53,703 nt of DNA from Candidatus Epulonipiscium sp. Lineage in GTDB: Bacteria; Bacillota; Clostridia; Lachnospirales; JAAYNZ01. Both the position numbers and the translations under genes were made by a program. Every line of letters begins with the position of its first letter. The first letter of the stretch is position 1. The DNA is taken from positions 1-53,703 of the forward strand of contig JAAYNZ010000020.1 of the NCBI GenBank assembly GCA_012520595.1. The letters are read 5' to 3'. A model generated the notes under the pieces. It had not been told where the DNA came from and did no database searches. It saw only the letters and a program-made list of their open reading frames with translations. Positions 19,743 to 29,184 of this stretch are shown one piece after another.

Positions 19743-21047
19743 GCGTTTATGAATGGGTCTATAAGCATATAAAACAGATAAGATAGAAAATAATCCGCCC
19801 AACAATAAAAAAATAGCCAAAACCATAAGAATGATTTTTTTAATGTTAAAAGAAGGAGTAGAAGAGAACTCTTTTTCGGGAGTCATTCCAATTGATCTTT
19901 CTTCTATGGATAAATCATAATCTTTTTGAGAAATAATATTTGCCTTAGCAATAGGCTGGTTGTTATAAGAAAATATAATATATCCCAGTAATTCATGTTT
20001 TTTCACTGATGATTGTATTTCATAAGGCAAGATAGTCATTTTTTGAATTTCTTCTCGTTTTGCACTTTTAGGTAAAACAGTATAAACATCATTTTCTAAC
20101 GTGGTTTTAACCACATCAAAAGATTTTAGTGGAATAGAAGGAGAAGGAGTATTTTTTTTAGCTAATGGTATAAGAGAAAAGTGGTCAAAACCATAGTTTA
20201 GAAGTTCCGTAGTTTCTTCGTACATCTGTGGTTTCTCAGATTTTAAAATAACGCAGATCAGTTCCATTCCATCTTTTACAGCATAGGTTACTAAGGTATG
20301 TCTTGCTTGATCAGTATATCCCGTCTTTCCACCCAAACAACCTTCATAGAGATATTTTGTTTTTCGGTTAGGCAGCATATAGTGCTGATTATGTAGATAC
20401 CGAATATCATTTTTATTAGTAGGAGGAATCTCATATCGAGGGGTTTGAATAATCTCCCTAAATTTTGGGTTTTTAAAAGCTTCCTTAGCAATTAAAGCCA
20501 TATCATAAGCAGTAGTATAGTGCTGTTCATCATGAAGGCCATGAGGATTAACAAAATGAGTCTGATAGGCTTCTAAGGCTTGAGCTTTTTGGTTCATTAA
20601 TTTTGTAAAATCCTCAACGGATCCACTAATGAATTCGGCAATTCCATTAGATACTTCATTTGCTGATTGAAGCATCATACCATATAGAGCTTGTTCTAAA
20701 GTGATTTGTTCTTCTGGTACCATCCATAAATGACTACTATTTCTTTCAATACTAAAAACAGCCTCTTCTGAAAAGGTAACGATTCCATCTAAATCGCCAT
20801 ATTCTAAGGCTAGGTATGCAGTCATAATTTTAGTAATGCTAGCTGGAAAGTATTGCTGATGGATATTTTTTTCATAGATTACTTTTCCTGTTTTTGCTTC
20901 CATCACAATTGCACTCTCTGATAGAATCGTAGGAGGTGTAACATCAGAAGGTACAACGTTAGAAAAATTCAATTCATATGCAAAAATAGTAATATTCATC
21001 ATAAAAATTAAAAAAATACTCATAAACAATCTACCAATGGATTTCAT
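19740..21047 (-). CDS. D-alanyl-D-alanine carboxypeptidase (peptidase S11, DacA/DacB-like) with C-terminal TM
   Basis: PASITK (SxxK), SAN, NPHGL and GKTGYT motifs; signal peptide. ATG 21047 after gagaggag. Confidence 0.92.
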   Translation of the reverse strand: MKSIGRLFMSIFLIFMMNITIFAYELNFSNVVPSDVTPPTILSESAIVMEAKTGKVIYEKNIHQQYFPASITKIMTAYLALEYGDLDGIVTFSEEAVFSIERNSSHLWMVPEEQITLEQALYGMMLQSANEVSNGIAEFISGSVEDFTKLMNQKAQALEAYQTHFVNPHGLHDEQHYTTAYDMALIAKEAFKNPKFREIIQTPRYEIPPTNKNDIRYLHNQHYMLPNRKTKYLYEGCLGGKTGYTDQARHTLVTYAVKDGMELICVILKSEKPQMYEETTELLNYGFDHFSLIPLAKKNTPSPSIPLKSFDVVKTTLENDVYTVLPKSAKREEIQKMTILPYEIQSSVKKHELLGYIIFSYNNQPIAKANIISQKDYDLSIEERSIGMTPEKEFSSTPSFNIKKIILMVLAIFLLLGGLFSILSVLYAYRPIHKR

Positions 21048-21124
21048 GTGCTTACTCCTCTCTTTTATCACTCTTAAGTATAGCAGAAAATGTATGAAAG
21101 AAAAAGTATGTTTTTTAGAAAAAC

Positions 21125-21153
21125 AAAGGATTTTAAGTAATTATGGCGAATAA
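21125..21153 (+). promoter_or_regulatory. Putative sigma-H promoter upstream of comEA
   Basis: AAAGGATTT-N11-GGCGAATAA matches RNAGGAWWW-N11/12-RNNGAATWW. Confidence 0.65.
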
Positions 21154-21189
21154 TTTAAATAGAGAAAAACAAGCTAGGGAGGATCGAAA

Positions 21190-21837
21190 ATGAAGGGGAA
21201 AAAAATATATTTGCCAGTCCTAGTAGGATTTATTATGTTTGTCACAGGCATCATTTATGTAAAATATTCTGTATCTCGTCCTACTTCTATACAAGTAACC
21301 CATAATTCGACGAATACTCCCCTTTTTGAAGAAGAAATCGAAGATACATCGGTACAAAAGACCACATCTATTGAAAGTGAAGAAGAAATGGTATACGTTG
21401 TCCATATTGCAGGAGCTGTTCATAAACCAAATGTCTATACACTGCCATCTGGCAGCCGAGTTTATGAGGTCATTGAGTTGGCAGGAGGAGCAACGGAAGA
21501 TGCGGATCTTGCCGCAATCAATTTAGCTATGAAGATTAAAGACGAACAAAAAATTTATATTCCTAGGATTGGTGAAACATTTGACAAAACTGAAAAAGAG
21601 AATAATAATAGTATTAGCATGCAGCTTGAAGAAGAAAATATGCATAAAATTAACATTAATACAGCAAGTGGGAAAGAGTTAGAGGAATTACCAGGAATTG
21701 GGCCAGTAACAGCAGAGAGTATTATCCAGTACCGAGAGGAAAATGGAAGATTCCAAAAGATTGAAGATATACAAAAGGTTTCAAGGATTGGTCCTAAAAC
21801 CTTCGAAAAAATAAAAATGAAGATTACAGTAGATTAG
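21190..21837 (+). CDS. comEA: Competence DNA receptor ComEA
   Basis: N-terminal TM, SLBB domain (VHIAGAV..P.VY) and HhH (ININTAS..EL..LPGIG). Confidence 0.93.
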   Translation: MKGKKIYLPVLVGFIMFVTGIIYVKYSVSRPTSIQVTHNSTNTPLFEEEIEDTSVQKTTSIESEEEMVYVVHIAGAVHKPNVYTLPSGSRVYEVIELAGGATEDADLAAINLAMKIKDEQKIYIPRIGETFDKTEKENNNSISMQLEEENMHKININTASGKELEELPGIGPVTAESIIQYREENGRFQKIEDIQKVSRIGPKTFEKIKMKITVD

Positions 21838-21841
21838 GAGG

Positions 21842-22534
21842 ATGATTATGGCTTATCATGCACTAGTTGTGGATGATGAAAAATTAATTGTAAAGGGAAT
21901 TCGATTTAGTTTAGAACAAGACAACATGAAAGTGGATGTAGCATATGATGGAGAAGAGGCTTTACAATTGGCAAAAGCCAATCCATATGATATTATTATT
22001 TTGGATGTAATGTTGCCTAAGTTAGATGGATTAAATGTATGTCAACAAATTAGGGAGTTTTCCAACGTTCCTATTATTATGTTGACGGCTAAAGGAGAAG
22101 ATATGGATAAAATCATGGGACTTGAGTATGGAGCCGATGATTATATGACGAAGCCTTTTAATATTTTAGAATTAAAGGCACGAATTAAAGCAGTACTTAG
22201 AAGAATGCAGTCGAAAAACCAAGGGAAAAAACGGGATGTTCTTGAATTAGAAGATTTAAAATTAGATTTTAATGGTAGACGCGTTTATATTCAAGGAGAA
22301 GAAGTAAATTTGACAGCAAAGGAATTTGACTTATTGGAATTATTTATCAGCAATCCAGGAAAGGTATATAGTAGAGAAATGTTACTAAATACCATATGGG
22401 GCTATGACTATCCAGGGGATGTACGGACAGTAGATGTACATGTTCGAAGATTAAGAGAAAAAATAGAAAAAAACCCCAGTGAACCAACTTATATTTATAC
22501 AAAATGGGGAGTGGGTTATTATTTTAAGGATTAA
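21842..22534 (+). CDS. OmpR-family response regulator (WalR/PhoP-like)
   Basis: VVDDE, LDVMLP and KPF motifs; WGYDYPGDVRTVDVHVRRLREKIE. The start may be 21848. Confidence 0.93.
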   Translation: MIMAYHALVVDDEKLIVKGIRFSLEQDNMKVDVAYDGEEALQLAKANPYDIIILDVMLPKLDGLNVCQQIREFSNVPIIMLTAKGEDMDKIMGLEYGADDYMTKPFNILELKARIKAVLRRMQSKNQGKKRDVLELEDLKLDFNGRRVYIQGEEVNLTAKEFDLLELFISNPGKVYSREMLLNTIWGYDYPGDVRTVDVHVRRLREKIEKNPSEPTYIYTKWGVGYYFKD

Positions 22535-23954
22535 TTTTAAGTGGATACACAGTTTACGTTGGAAATTATTGATTACGTATATGATGATTAGTTTTTTGCC
22601 TCTTATGTTTTTTTCTTTAGGTATTTATAATACATTAGAAAAGCATTATATTCAAGAACGAAAAGCGGAATTACAACGTCAAGCCAATATTACGGCAGGA
22701 CACATTGTTGTAACCGGTTATTTAAAAGATTCTACCATAGAACAAAAAAGATTGTTTCACTCTGATATTCAACAAACGAGTAAGGAAATAGGAGCTCGAA
22801 TTATTGTTGTTGACTCAAAAGGAATTGTAAAAAATGATTCAAATAAAGTCGATATTGGAAAGACAATTTTACAAAAAGAGGTTCTTGCTGCTTTGCAAGG
22901 ATCAGATGTTGCTTACAAGCAACCAGGAAGCAATATTATTCATGCTGTTGCTTCGATTAAAGATGATAAAACCCAAGAAATTATTGGAGCTATTATTATT
23001 TCCGCCTCCATTGAAGATATTTATGTATCTTTAAAATCCGTACAAAAACAATTATATATTTTAGTTGTATTAACCACATTAGTTGTAGGTCTCTTTAGTT
23101 TTTATGTATCAGGCGTTCTGATTCGACCGCTAAAAGAGTTGGTACAGGTCATGAAAAAAGTAACAGAAGGACATTTGGACCAGCAAATTCAAGTAAAAGG
23201 AAAAGATGAAATTGCAGAACTTAGTTTAGCTTTTAATCATATGAGTGAACGTTTACTAGAAGTAGATAACTCAAGGCAGGAGTTTGTTGCCAATGTATCT
23301 CATGAATTAAAAACACCATTAAGCTCGATAAAAGTATTAAGTGAATCACTTTTGCTTCAAGAAAATGTTCCAGAAGAAATGTATAAAGAGTTTTTAAGTG
23401 ACATTACTTCAGAAGTAGATAGAGAAACAGAGATCATTAATGATTTATTGGCTTTAGTGAAATTGGATCGTAAAGATATGGCATTATCTTTTGAGAGTAC
23501 ATACTTGAACGAGATGATCCAAAGTATTTTAAAACGGCTTCATCCGTTAGCTCAACAAAGAAACATTGATCTAATCTATGATAGCCGACGAGATGTTTAT
23601 GCAAAAGTAGATGCAATGAAATTAACCTTAGCAATCTCAAATCTAATTGAAAATGGTATAAAATACAATGAAGAAAATGGAACAGTAACGGTTATTTTAG
23701 ATGCTGACCACCAAAATGCTTTTATTACGGTGCAGGATACTGGAATTGGAATTCCAGTTGAAGAACAAAAGAAAATTTTTGAACGTTTTTACCGAGTGGA
23801 TAAAACAAGAGACCGAATGACAGGGGGAACGGGATTAGGTTTATCCATTACCCATCGTACCATATTGTTGCATCAAGGAAGTATTAAACTTATTAGTGAA
23901 GAAGGAGAAGGGGCTACTTTTATCATTCGTATCCCATTACACCAAAATTCATAG
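22479..23954 (+). CDS. Sensor histidine kinase (two TM, HAMP, HisKA, HATPase); true start uncertain
   Basis: NVSHELKTPL, NLIENGIKY, DTGIGI and GGTGLGLSI motifs. Confidence 0.93.
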   Translation: MNQLIFIQNGEWVIILRINFKWIHSLRWKLLITYMMISFLPLMFFSLGIYNTLEKHYIQERKAELQRQANITAGHIVVTGYLKDSTIEQKRLFHSDIQQTSKEIGARIIVVDSKGIVKNDSNKVDIGKTILQKEVLAALQGSDVAYKQPGSNIIHAVASIKDDKTQEIIGAIIISASIEDIYVSLKSVQKQLYILVVLTTLVVGLFSFYVSGVLIRPLKELVQVMKKVTEGHLDQQIQVKGKDEIAELSLAFNHMSERLLEVDNSRQEFVANVSHELKTPLSSIKVLSESLLLQENVPEEMYKEFLSDITSEVDRETEIINDLLALVKLDRKDMALSFESTYLNEMIQSILKRLHPLAQQRNIDLIYDSRRDVYAKVDAMKLTLAISNLIENGIKYNEENGTVTVILDADHQNAFITVQDTGIGIPVEEQKKIFERFYRVDKTRDRMTGGTGLGLSITHRTILLHQGSIKLISEEGEGATFIIRIPLHQNS

Positions 23955-24022
23955 ATTTGTAACACTTTATTTGTAACATTGTAATGGTTATGGGGTATAA
24001 TAATTTTTACGGGGGTGATTTT

Positions 24023-25003
24023 TTGGGGTATTTTAAAAAACCATATCAATGGCTTTTAGGCATTGGAACGGTTGTGCTTATACTCGTATTTCTATTTTTT
24101 GCTCGTAGTATTGACTTTTCAAATAACCAATCCATGTCCAAAAAAACAGTAGAACTCCAAAGCAATACCATTCAGTTATATTTTGTTAGCCAAGATCAAT
24201 CCAAATTAGTGGGAGAAAATGTGGCTATTACAAAAGAACAAGAGGAAGACATTATTCTTCAGGTGCTAGAGGCATTAAAACAGGGCCCTCAGACTCCAGG
24301 ATTATTTCCAAGTATTCCTAAAAATATAGAGTTTATCGATACTCAATTTGATGAAGAGGAACATATGGTGGAGCTTAACCTTTCCTCTGCTTATTTTGAT
24401 TTAAAAGCAATGGATGAAGTATTTTTTCGAGCATCTGTGGTAAAAACCTTAACAGAACTACCTTTTGTACAGAAAATACAGTTTTTTGTAGAAGAAAAGC
24501 CTTTGTTAGGAACAGATGGGAAACCTTTAGGTCCCATTTCAGCAGAGGACATTATTTTGGAAAAAGTAAATCCCTTAAATACAGAATACAAAGAAATACA
24601 ACTCTATTTTTCGAATCAAGATGCAACAGCCTTAGTAGTAGAAAATAGAACCATTGCTATTAATCCAAACGAACCTTTGGAAAAATATGTGATGGAACAA
24701 TTAATTGCCGGACCTCAAATACAGAATCTACATAAAACAATTCCACCAGAAACAAAAATTAAAGGGATTCAAACCAGTGATGGTATTTGTTATGTGGATT
24801 TAAGCACAGAATTTAGAACAAAACATTGGGGAGGTTCAACAGGAGAAATTTTTACAATTTACTCTATCGTAAACTCTTTAACAGAACTACCACACATACA
24901 AAAAGTTCAGTTTTTAATTGAAGGAGAAAAGCAAGAAACTTTTAAAGGCCATGTAGATTTCAGTAATCCGTTTGAAAGAAATCTAGATTTTATCCAACAA
25001 TAA
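24023..25003 (+). CDS. Membrane-anchored protein with two GerMN domains
   Basis: Two repeats of LYF...L..GP...IP...V.LS...S.V..LTELP..QK.QF..E. TTG 24023 after gggggtg. Confidence 0.85.
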   Translation: MGYFKKPYQWLLGIGTVVLILVFLFFARSIDFSNNQSMSKKTVELQSNTIQLYFVSQDQSKLVGENVAITKEQEEDIILQVLEALKQGPQTPGLFPSIPKNIEFIDTQFDEEEHMVELNLSSAYFDLKAMDEVFFRASVVKTLTELPFVQKIQFFVEEKPLLGTDGKPLGPISAEDIILEKVNPLNTEYKEIQLYFSNQDATALVVENRTIAINPNEPLEKYVMEQLIAGPQIQNLHKTIPPETKIKGIQTSDGICYVDLSTEFRTKHWGGSTGEIFTIYSIVNSLTELPHIQKVQFLIEGEKQETFKGHVDFSNPFERNLDFIQQ

Positions 25004-25014
25004 AATAAAAAAAT

Positions 25015-25055
25015 AAAATACATACAATCATGCCTCATGTTTGTATGTATTTTTT
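25015..25055 (+). terminator. Terminator after the GerMN gene
   Basis: aaaatacatacaa-t-catg / catg-t-ttgtatgtatttt stem with a T tail. Confidence 0.65.
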
Positions 25056-25297
25056 ACACTTATAGATATCCAAGCCCATAATTTGATTTTGCAAGATCCT
25101 ATCCATGGGTTCACGCTCTGATTGTACCTCTCGTTGCTCAAAATATAAAAGAAGGAAGCAACAGGGGATAAAAGTTGCGTATTCGCTGATAGTATGTACT
25201 TGCTTTGTAATTAGGGAATTTTCAATTATGAGTGTGTATCTATATAGCACGATTAGGATAAAATAAAGTGGGTTTAGAAAAAATGGGGTGGAGATCC

Positions 25298-27712
25298 ATG
25301 AAACGACCTTTGGTATGGGGGACCTGTTTGTATATCGCAGGAATTGTTTTTGGAAAAATAACAGATTCTTTATTGCTGTTTATCTTTTTTTGTTCCTTAC
25401 TGTTAGCATTTACTTGTTGGTGTACAATAAAATATAAATGGCTTGGATTTTATCTTTTTTTATGTTTCTTTTTTTTAGGTTTTTCTCGTATGTATGGAAT
25501 GAAAGCAAAGGATATGGATGCTTATTTTCATACATTTTCAGCTTATTTAGAAGAGAATCCAATAGAGGGTACTGTAAAAAGTATTCAGTACAATAAACAA
25601 AAAAAATTTTCAAAAGCTTTGATTAAAGTAAAATGGGAAAATTTTCAAGGATTCCAAGAGAAAGAAAAACTTTTATTTAAGAAAATTCCTGCTATTCATA
25701 TCCAACTTTATACAGAAGAACCAGTAGAGTTACAAATACAAGATCAAATTTGGTTTAAAGGTCAATTAAAGAAGTTAGAAGGACCAAGAAATCCAGGTGA
25801 TTTTGATCAAAAACAGTACGGAAAAATTCAAGGTTTTGATTTTATTTGTTATGGGACCATCGAAAAACGTAATCCTACTACCTCTTTTCATTTTTACTCA
25901 TGGTTACAGCAAGGAAATCAAAAGTTTCAACAGGTTTATGATAGGATTTTACCATCTACACAAGCCGCTGTTATAAAAGCAATGCTGCTAGGAGAGCGAC
26001 AAGAATTAGAAATGGAGACGAAAGATTTATATAAAAAAGCTGGCATTTCCCATATATTAGCCATTTCAGGACTTCATATTTCCATTATAGGCTTATTGAT
26101 CTTTCGTGGATTGCAATGGTTTCGAATTTCGAAACCTATAGGAGCAGGGATTACAATATGTTTACTTATATTTTACTGCCTATTTGTGGGAAACAGTGTA
26201 TCTACTATGCGAGCAGTTATAATGATGAGTTGTATTTTGGGAGGTTATCTATTTCTTCGTACCCCAGATACCTTTACTTCATTAGCCTTTTCAGCTCTTG
26301 TATTATTATTTAAGCAGCCTTTTTATTTATGGGATGTAGGATTTCAGTTATCTTATGGAGCAGTCCTTGGCTTGCTTGTTTTTTCTCCCTTAATAGCAAA
26401 AGCTTATTTTATACCTTCCTGGTTGCGTTCTTCTATGGGAGCTAGTATAGCAGCTAGCCTAGCTACTTTTCCTATGGTAGCCTATCATTTTTATTACATT
26501 CCTTTATATGGGATCTTGTTAAATGTTCTGATTGTTCCTTTTCTTGTATTACTTATCTTTTTTGGTATGATAGCTGGTATTTTTGGCATTTTTTCAGTGA
26601 TGATAGGACAATTTATGGTAGGAATTGTTTATTATATTCTTTTATTTTATGAAGCATTGGCTCGTTTTACAACCCAATTACCCAAAGGGTATTTGCTGGT
26701 AGGTTCGCCTTCTTTCTATTTTCTTTTTTTATATTATATCCTCTTTTTTGTATCAGCTTGGCATTTTTCTAAGGCATTACCAAAGAGAAAAGTAAGCCAT
26801 AAAAGGTACCTTTATTTTTTAGGAATAACAAGTGTTTTTTTCATGTTTTATCTTTTATTTCCTAAGCCATTAGAAATCGTTTTTTTAGATGTTGGACAAG
26901 GCGATTGTACAATTATTCATACATCCACGAATCAGCATTTTATTATTGATGGTGGAGGTTTTTTATTTCATGAAGAAGGACAAGCCAATACAGGAAAAAC
27001 CATTATTTATCCTTATTTAGAATACAAAGGAATACATAAAATAGATGGGATTTTTTTGACCCATCCCCATGGTGATCATATAATAGGATTAATAGAGTTA
27101 GTAGAACTTATACCCATAGACCAATTTTTTGTACCACAAGCTTCTTTAGAAAATCATCCTCTATACCTTCAACTTCTTCATAAAACAAGACAAAATCAGA
27201 TCCCTATTTACCATATAGAAGAGGGGCATCATTTACAAGTCGGAGATATTGGTTTTGATTGTTTATTTGCAGGTTATGGGAATCAGCTATATGAAGAAGA
27301 CAATTGGAACACTACTTCATTGGTTTTATATTTAAAATATAAACAAATATCTTTTTTATTTACTGGAGATATTGAAGCTTCAGAAGAAGAATATTTAACA
27401 CAGAAATATTCAGCTTTATTAAGAGATGTAACGTTTTTAAAAGTGCCTCATCATGGTTCTCTTACTTCTTCAACAGAGTTGTTTTTGAATACAATAAAAC
27501 CCGCAGCAGCTGTGATTAGTAGCGGAAAGAATTCATATGGGCACCCTCACCCAATGGTTTTGCAGCGATATCAAGAAAAAGGTATTCCCATTTATTTGAC
27601 ACAAACAGAAGGAACTGTTATTTGTAAAACCTTTGGAAAGCAAACAAAAGCATATTCGGTTTTAGGAAAGAGAAAGGAACGATTATATGGAAAGGCTCAA
27701 AGAGGATCTTAA
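25298..27712 (+). CDS. comEC: DNA uptake channel ComEC/Rec2 with metallo-beta-lactamase domain
   Basis: RNPGDFD, HILAISGLH, GFQLSY, LDVGQGD, THPHGDH and KVPHHGS motifs. Confidence 0.95.
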   Translation: MKRPLVWGTCLYIAGIVFGKITDSLLLFIFFCSLLLAFTCWCTIKYKWLGFYLFLCFFFLGFSRMYGMKAKDMDAYFHTFSAYLEENPIEGTVKSIQYNKQKKFSKALIKVKWENFQGFQEKEKLLFKKIPAIHIQLYTEEPVELQIQDQIWFKGQLKKLEGPRNPGDFDQKQYGKIQGFDFICYGTIEKRNPTTSFHFYSWLQQGNQKFQQVYDRILPSTQAAVIKAMLLGERQELEMETKDLYKKAGISHILAISGLHISIIGLLIFRGLQWFRISKPIGAGITICLLIFYCLFVGNSVSTMRAVIMMSCILGGYLFLRTPDTFTSLAFSALVLLFKQPFYLWDVGFQLSYGAVLGLLVFSPLIAKAYFIPSWLRSSMGASIAASLATFPMVAYHFYYIPLYGILLNVLIVPFLVLLIFFGMIAGIFGIFSVMIGQFMVGIVYYILLFYEALARFTTQLPKGYLLVGSPSFYFLFLYYILFFVSAWHFSKALPKRKVSHKRYLYFLGITSVFFMFYLLFPKPLEIVFLDVGQGDCTIIHTSTNQHFIIDGGGFLFHEEGQANTGKTIIYPYLEYKGIHKIDGIFLTHPHGDHIIGLIELVELIPIDQFFVPQASLENHPLYLQLLHKTRQNQIPIYHIEEGHHLQVGDIGFDCLFAGYGNQLYEEDNWNTTSLVLYLKYKQISFLFTGDIEASEEEYLTQKYSALLRDVTFLKVPHHGSLTSSTELFLNTIKPAAAVISSGKNSYGHPHPMVLQRYQEKGIPIYLTQTEGTVICKTFGKQTKAYSVLGKRKERLYGKAQRGS

Positions 27713-28676
27713 AACAGGACAGTTTCAAAAGCTATATTTGTTTTATGGAGAAGAAGAATATTTAAAAAAACACTATTTGCAAGAAATTTCAAAAAAAATC
27801 ATTCCAACGGGTCAAGAACTTATGAATATAAGTATATTTGAAGGAAATCAAGTTTCCCCTCAGCAAATCATAGAAGCTGTAGAGACTCTTCCTTTTTTGG
27901 TAGAAAAAAGATTGGTTATTGTTAAAAATAGTGAATTATTTAAAGGAGGAAGGGCAGATGATACTCAAAAAATAGTTGACTTTTTCTCCTTGATTCCTTC
28001 CACTTGCTGCTTATTATTTATTGAATCAGAGATTGATCGTAGAAATAAAGGATTTAAAGCCCTTCAGAAATGGGGACGTAGTGTTACTTTTTCTTATTTA
28101 CAGGAAAAAGATTTAGTTACTTGGATTAAAAAAGCATTCAAGAGAAACAGGAAAAACATTGATACACAAACTACATTATATTTGTTAAGAATCGTTGGAT
28201 CTGACATGGAAAGATTAGAAGGGGAAATTGAAAAGATCATTTCTTATGTTATAGGAGAAGAAATACAAAAAAAGGATATTGATGCAATTTGTATTCCTTC
28301 TTTAGAAGTTAGGATTTTTGAATTGGTAAAAGCCTTAGGGAATAAACAAAGCCAAAAAGCGTTAGAAATTTACTCGAATTTAATTTTGATAAAAGAATCC
28401 CCTCATATGATTTTAGCTATGATTACCCGACAATTTCGGCTTATCCTACAAGTTAAATATTTGCAGGAACAAGGAATGTCCCAAAGTCAAATTGGAGCAA
28501 GATTAGGACTAAGAAATTTTATTGTAAGGGATTGTTTACAACAAGGAAAAGGATTTTCTATGAACACACTAAAACAAGCTCTTCATGAAAGTTTAGAAAC
28601 GGACGTGAATATAAAAACAGGAATCGTAGATGGAGTCTTGGGGGTAGAGATGTTACTGATTAAGTATTCCCATTAA
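27687..28676 (+). CDS. holA: DNA polymerase III delta subunit
   Basis: YLFYGEEEYL and ETLPFL..KRLVIV motifs. comEC-holA-rpsT synteny. Confidence 0.93.
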   Translation: MERLKEDLKTGQFQKLYLFYGEEEYLKKHYLQEISKKIIPTGQELMNISIFEGNQVSPQQIIEAVETLPFLVEKRLVIVKNSELFKGGRADDTQKIVDFFSLIPSTCCLLFIESEIDRRNKGFKALQKWGRSVTFSYLQEKDLVTWIKKAFKRNRKNIDTQTTLYLLRIVGSDMERLEGEIEKIISYVIGEEIQKKDIDAICIPSLEVRIFELVKALGNKQSQKALEIYSNLILIKESPHMILAMITRQFRLILQVKYLQEQGMSQSQIGARLGLRNFIVRDCLQQGKGFSMNTLKQALHESLETDVNIKTGIVDGVLGVEMLLIKYSH

Positions 28677-28700
28677 CTTATATTTTTTAGAATAAGAGAA

Positions 28701-28754
28701 ATAAAAAGCATAAAAATTGCTCTTTTTTAAAAGAGCAAATTTTATGCTTTTTAT
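28701..28754. terminator. Long inverted repeat between the convergent holA and rpsT genes (bidirectional terminator)
   Basis: ataaaaagcataaaa-a-ttgctctttt / aaaagagcaa-a-ttttatgctttttat. Confidence 0.75.
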
Positions 28755-29020
28755 TATTGTGCCATGGAATTTACCATTTTTGTTAACTGAGAAACCTTAC
28801 GCGCTGCGTTATTTTTATGGAAAATCCCTTTTGTAGCTGCTTTATTAATTTTAGAAACCGCATTTTTTAAGTTTGTTTCTGCTAATGTTTGATTTCCTTC
28901 ATTTACAGCTGCTAATACTTTTTTAGTAGCAGTTTTAACTTGGGATTTTATCATTTTATTTCTTAAAGTTTTCTTAGAAATAATTTTAATTCTTTTTTGT
29001 GCAGATTTAATATTTGCCAC
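28754..29020 (-). CDS. rpsT: 30S ribosomal protein S20
   Basis: MANIKSAQKRI...HKNNAARKVS. GTG 29020 after aggaggtg. Confidence 0.97.
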   Translation of the reverse strand: MANIKSAQKRIKIISKKTLRNKMIKSQVKTATKKVLAAVNEGNQTLAETNLKNAVSKINKAATKGIFHKNNAARKVSQLTKMVNSMAQ

Positions 29021-29127
29021 AACGCTCACCTCCTTATTGCGTGGTGTTTTTTAAAAACGTACCGAAACAAAATACATATAAAATAACATGCCTTATTATT
29101 CTAATCGAAAGTTGTCTTAAAGTCAAT

Positions 29128-29156
29128 GCATATATGAAAAAATAGTGGAGAAAATA
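29128..29156 (+). promoter_or_regulatory. Possible sigma-F/G promoter for gpr
   Basis: GCATA-N14-GGAGAAAATA. The spacer is 1 nt shorter than the canonical 15. Confidence 0.4.
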
Positions 29157-29184
29157 TAAAGAGACAAAAAACAGGAGGGATTTT

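Noticed and set aside
21581-21609. Internal sigma-A promoter in comEA (TTGACA-N17-AATAAT) for the two-component system
   Set aside because: The -10 lacks the conserved first T. It is plausible but not supportable from sequence alone.
25035-25250. 71-aa minus-strand ORF between the GerMN gene and comEC
   Set aside because: No convincing RBS or recognisable motif, and its end runs into the terminator hairpin.
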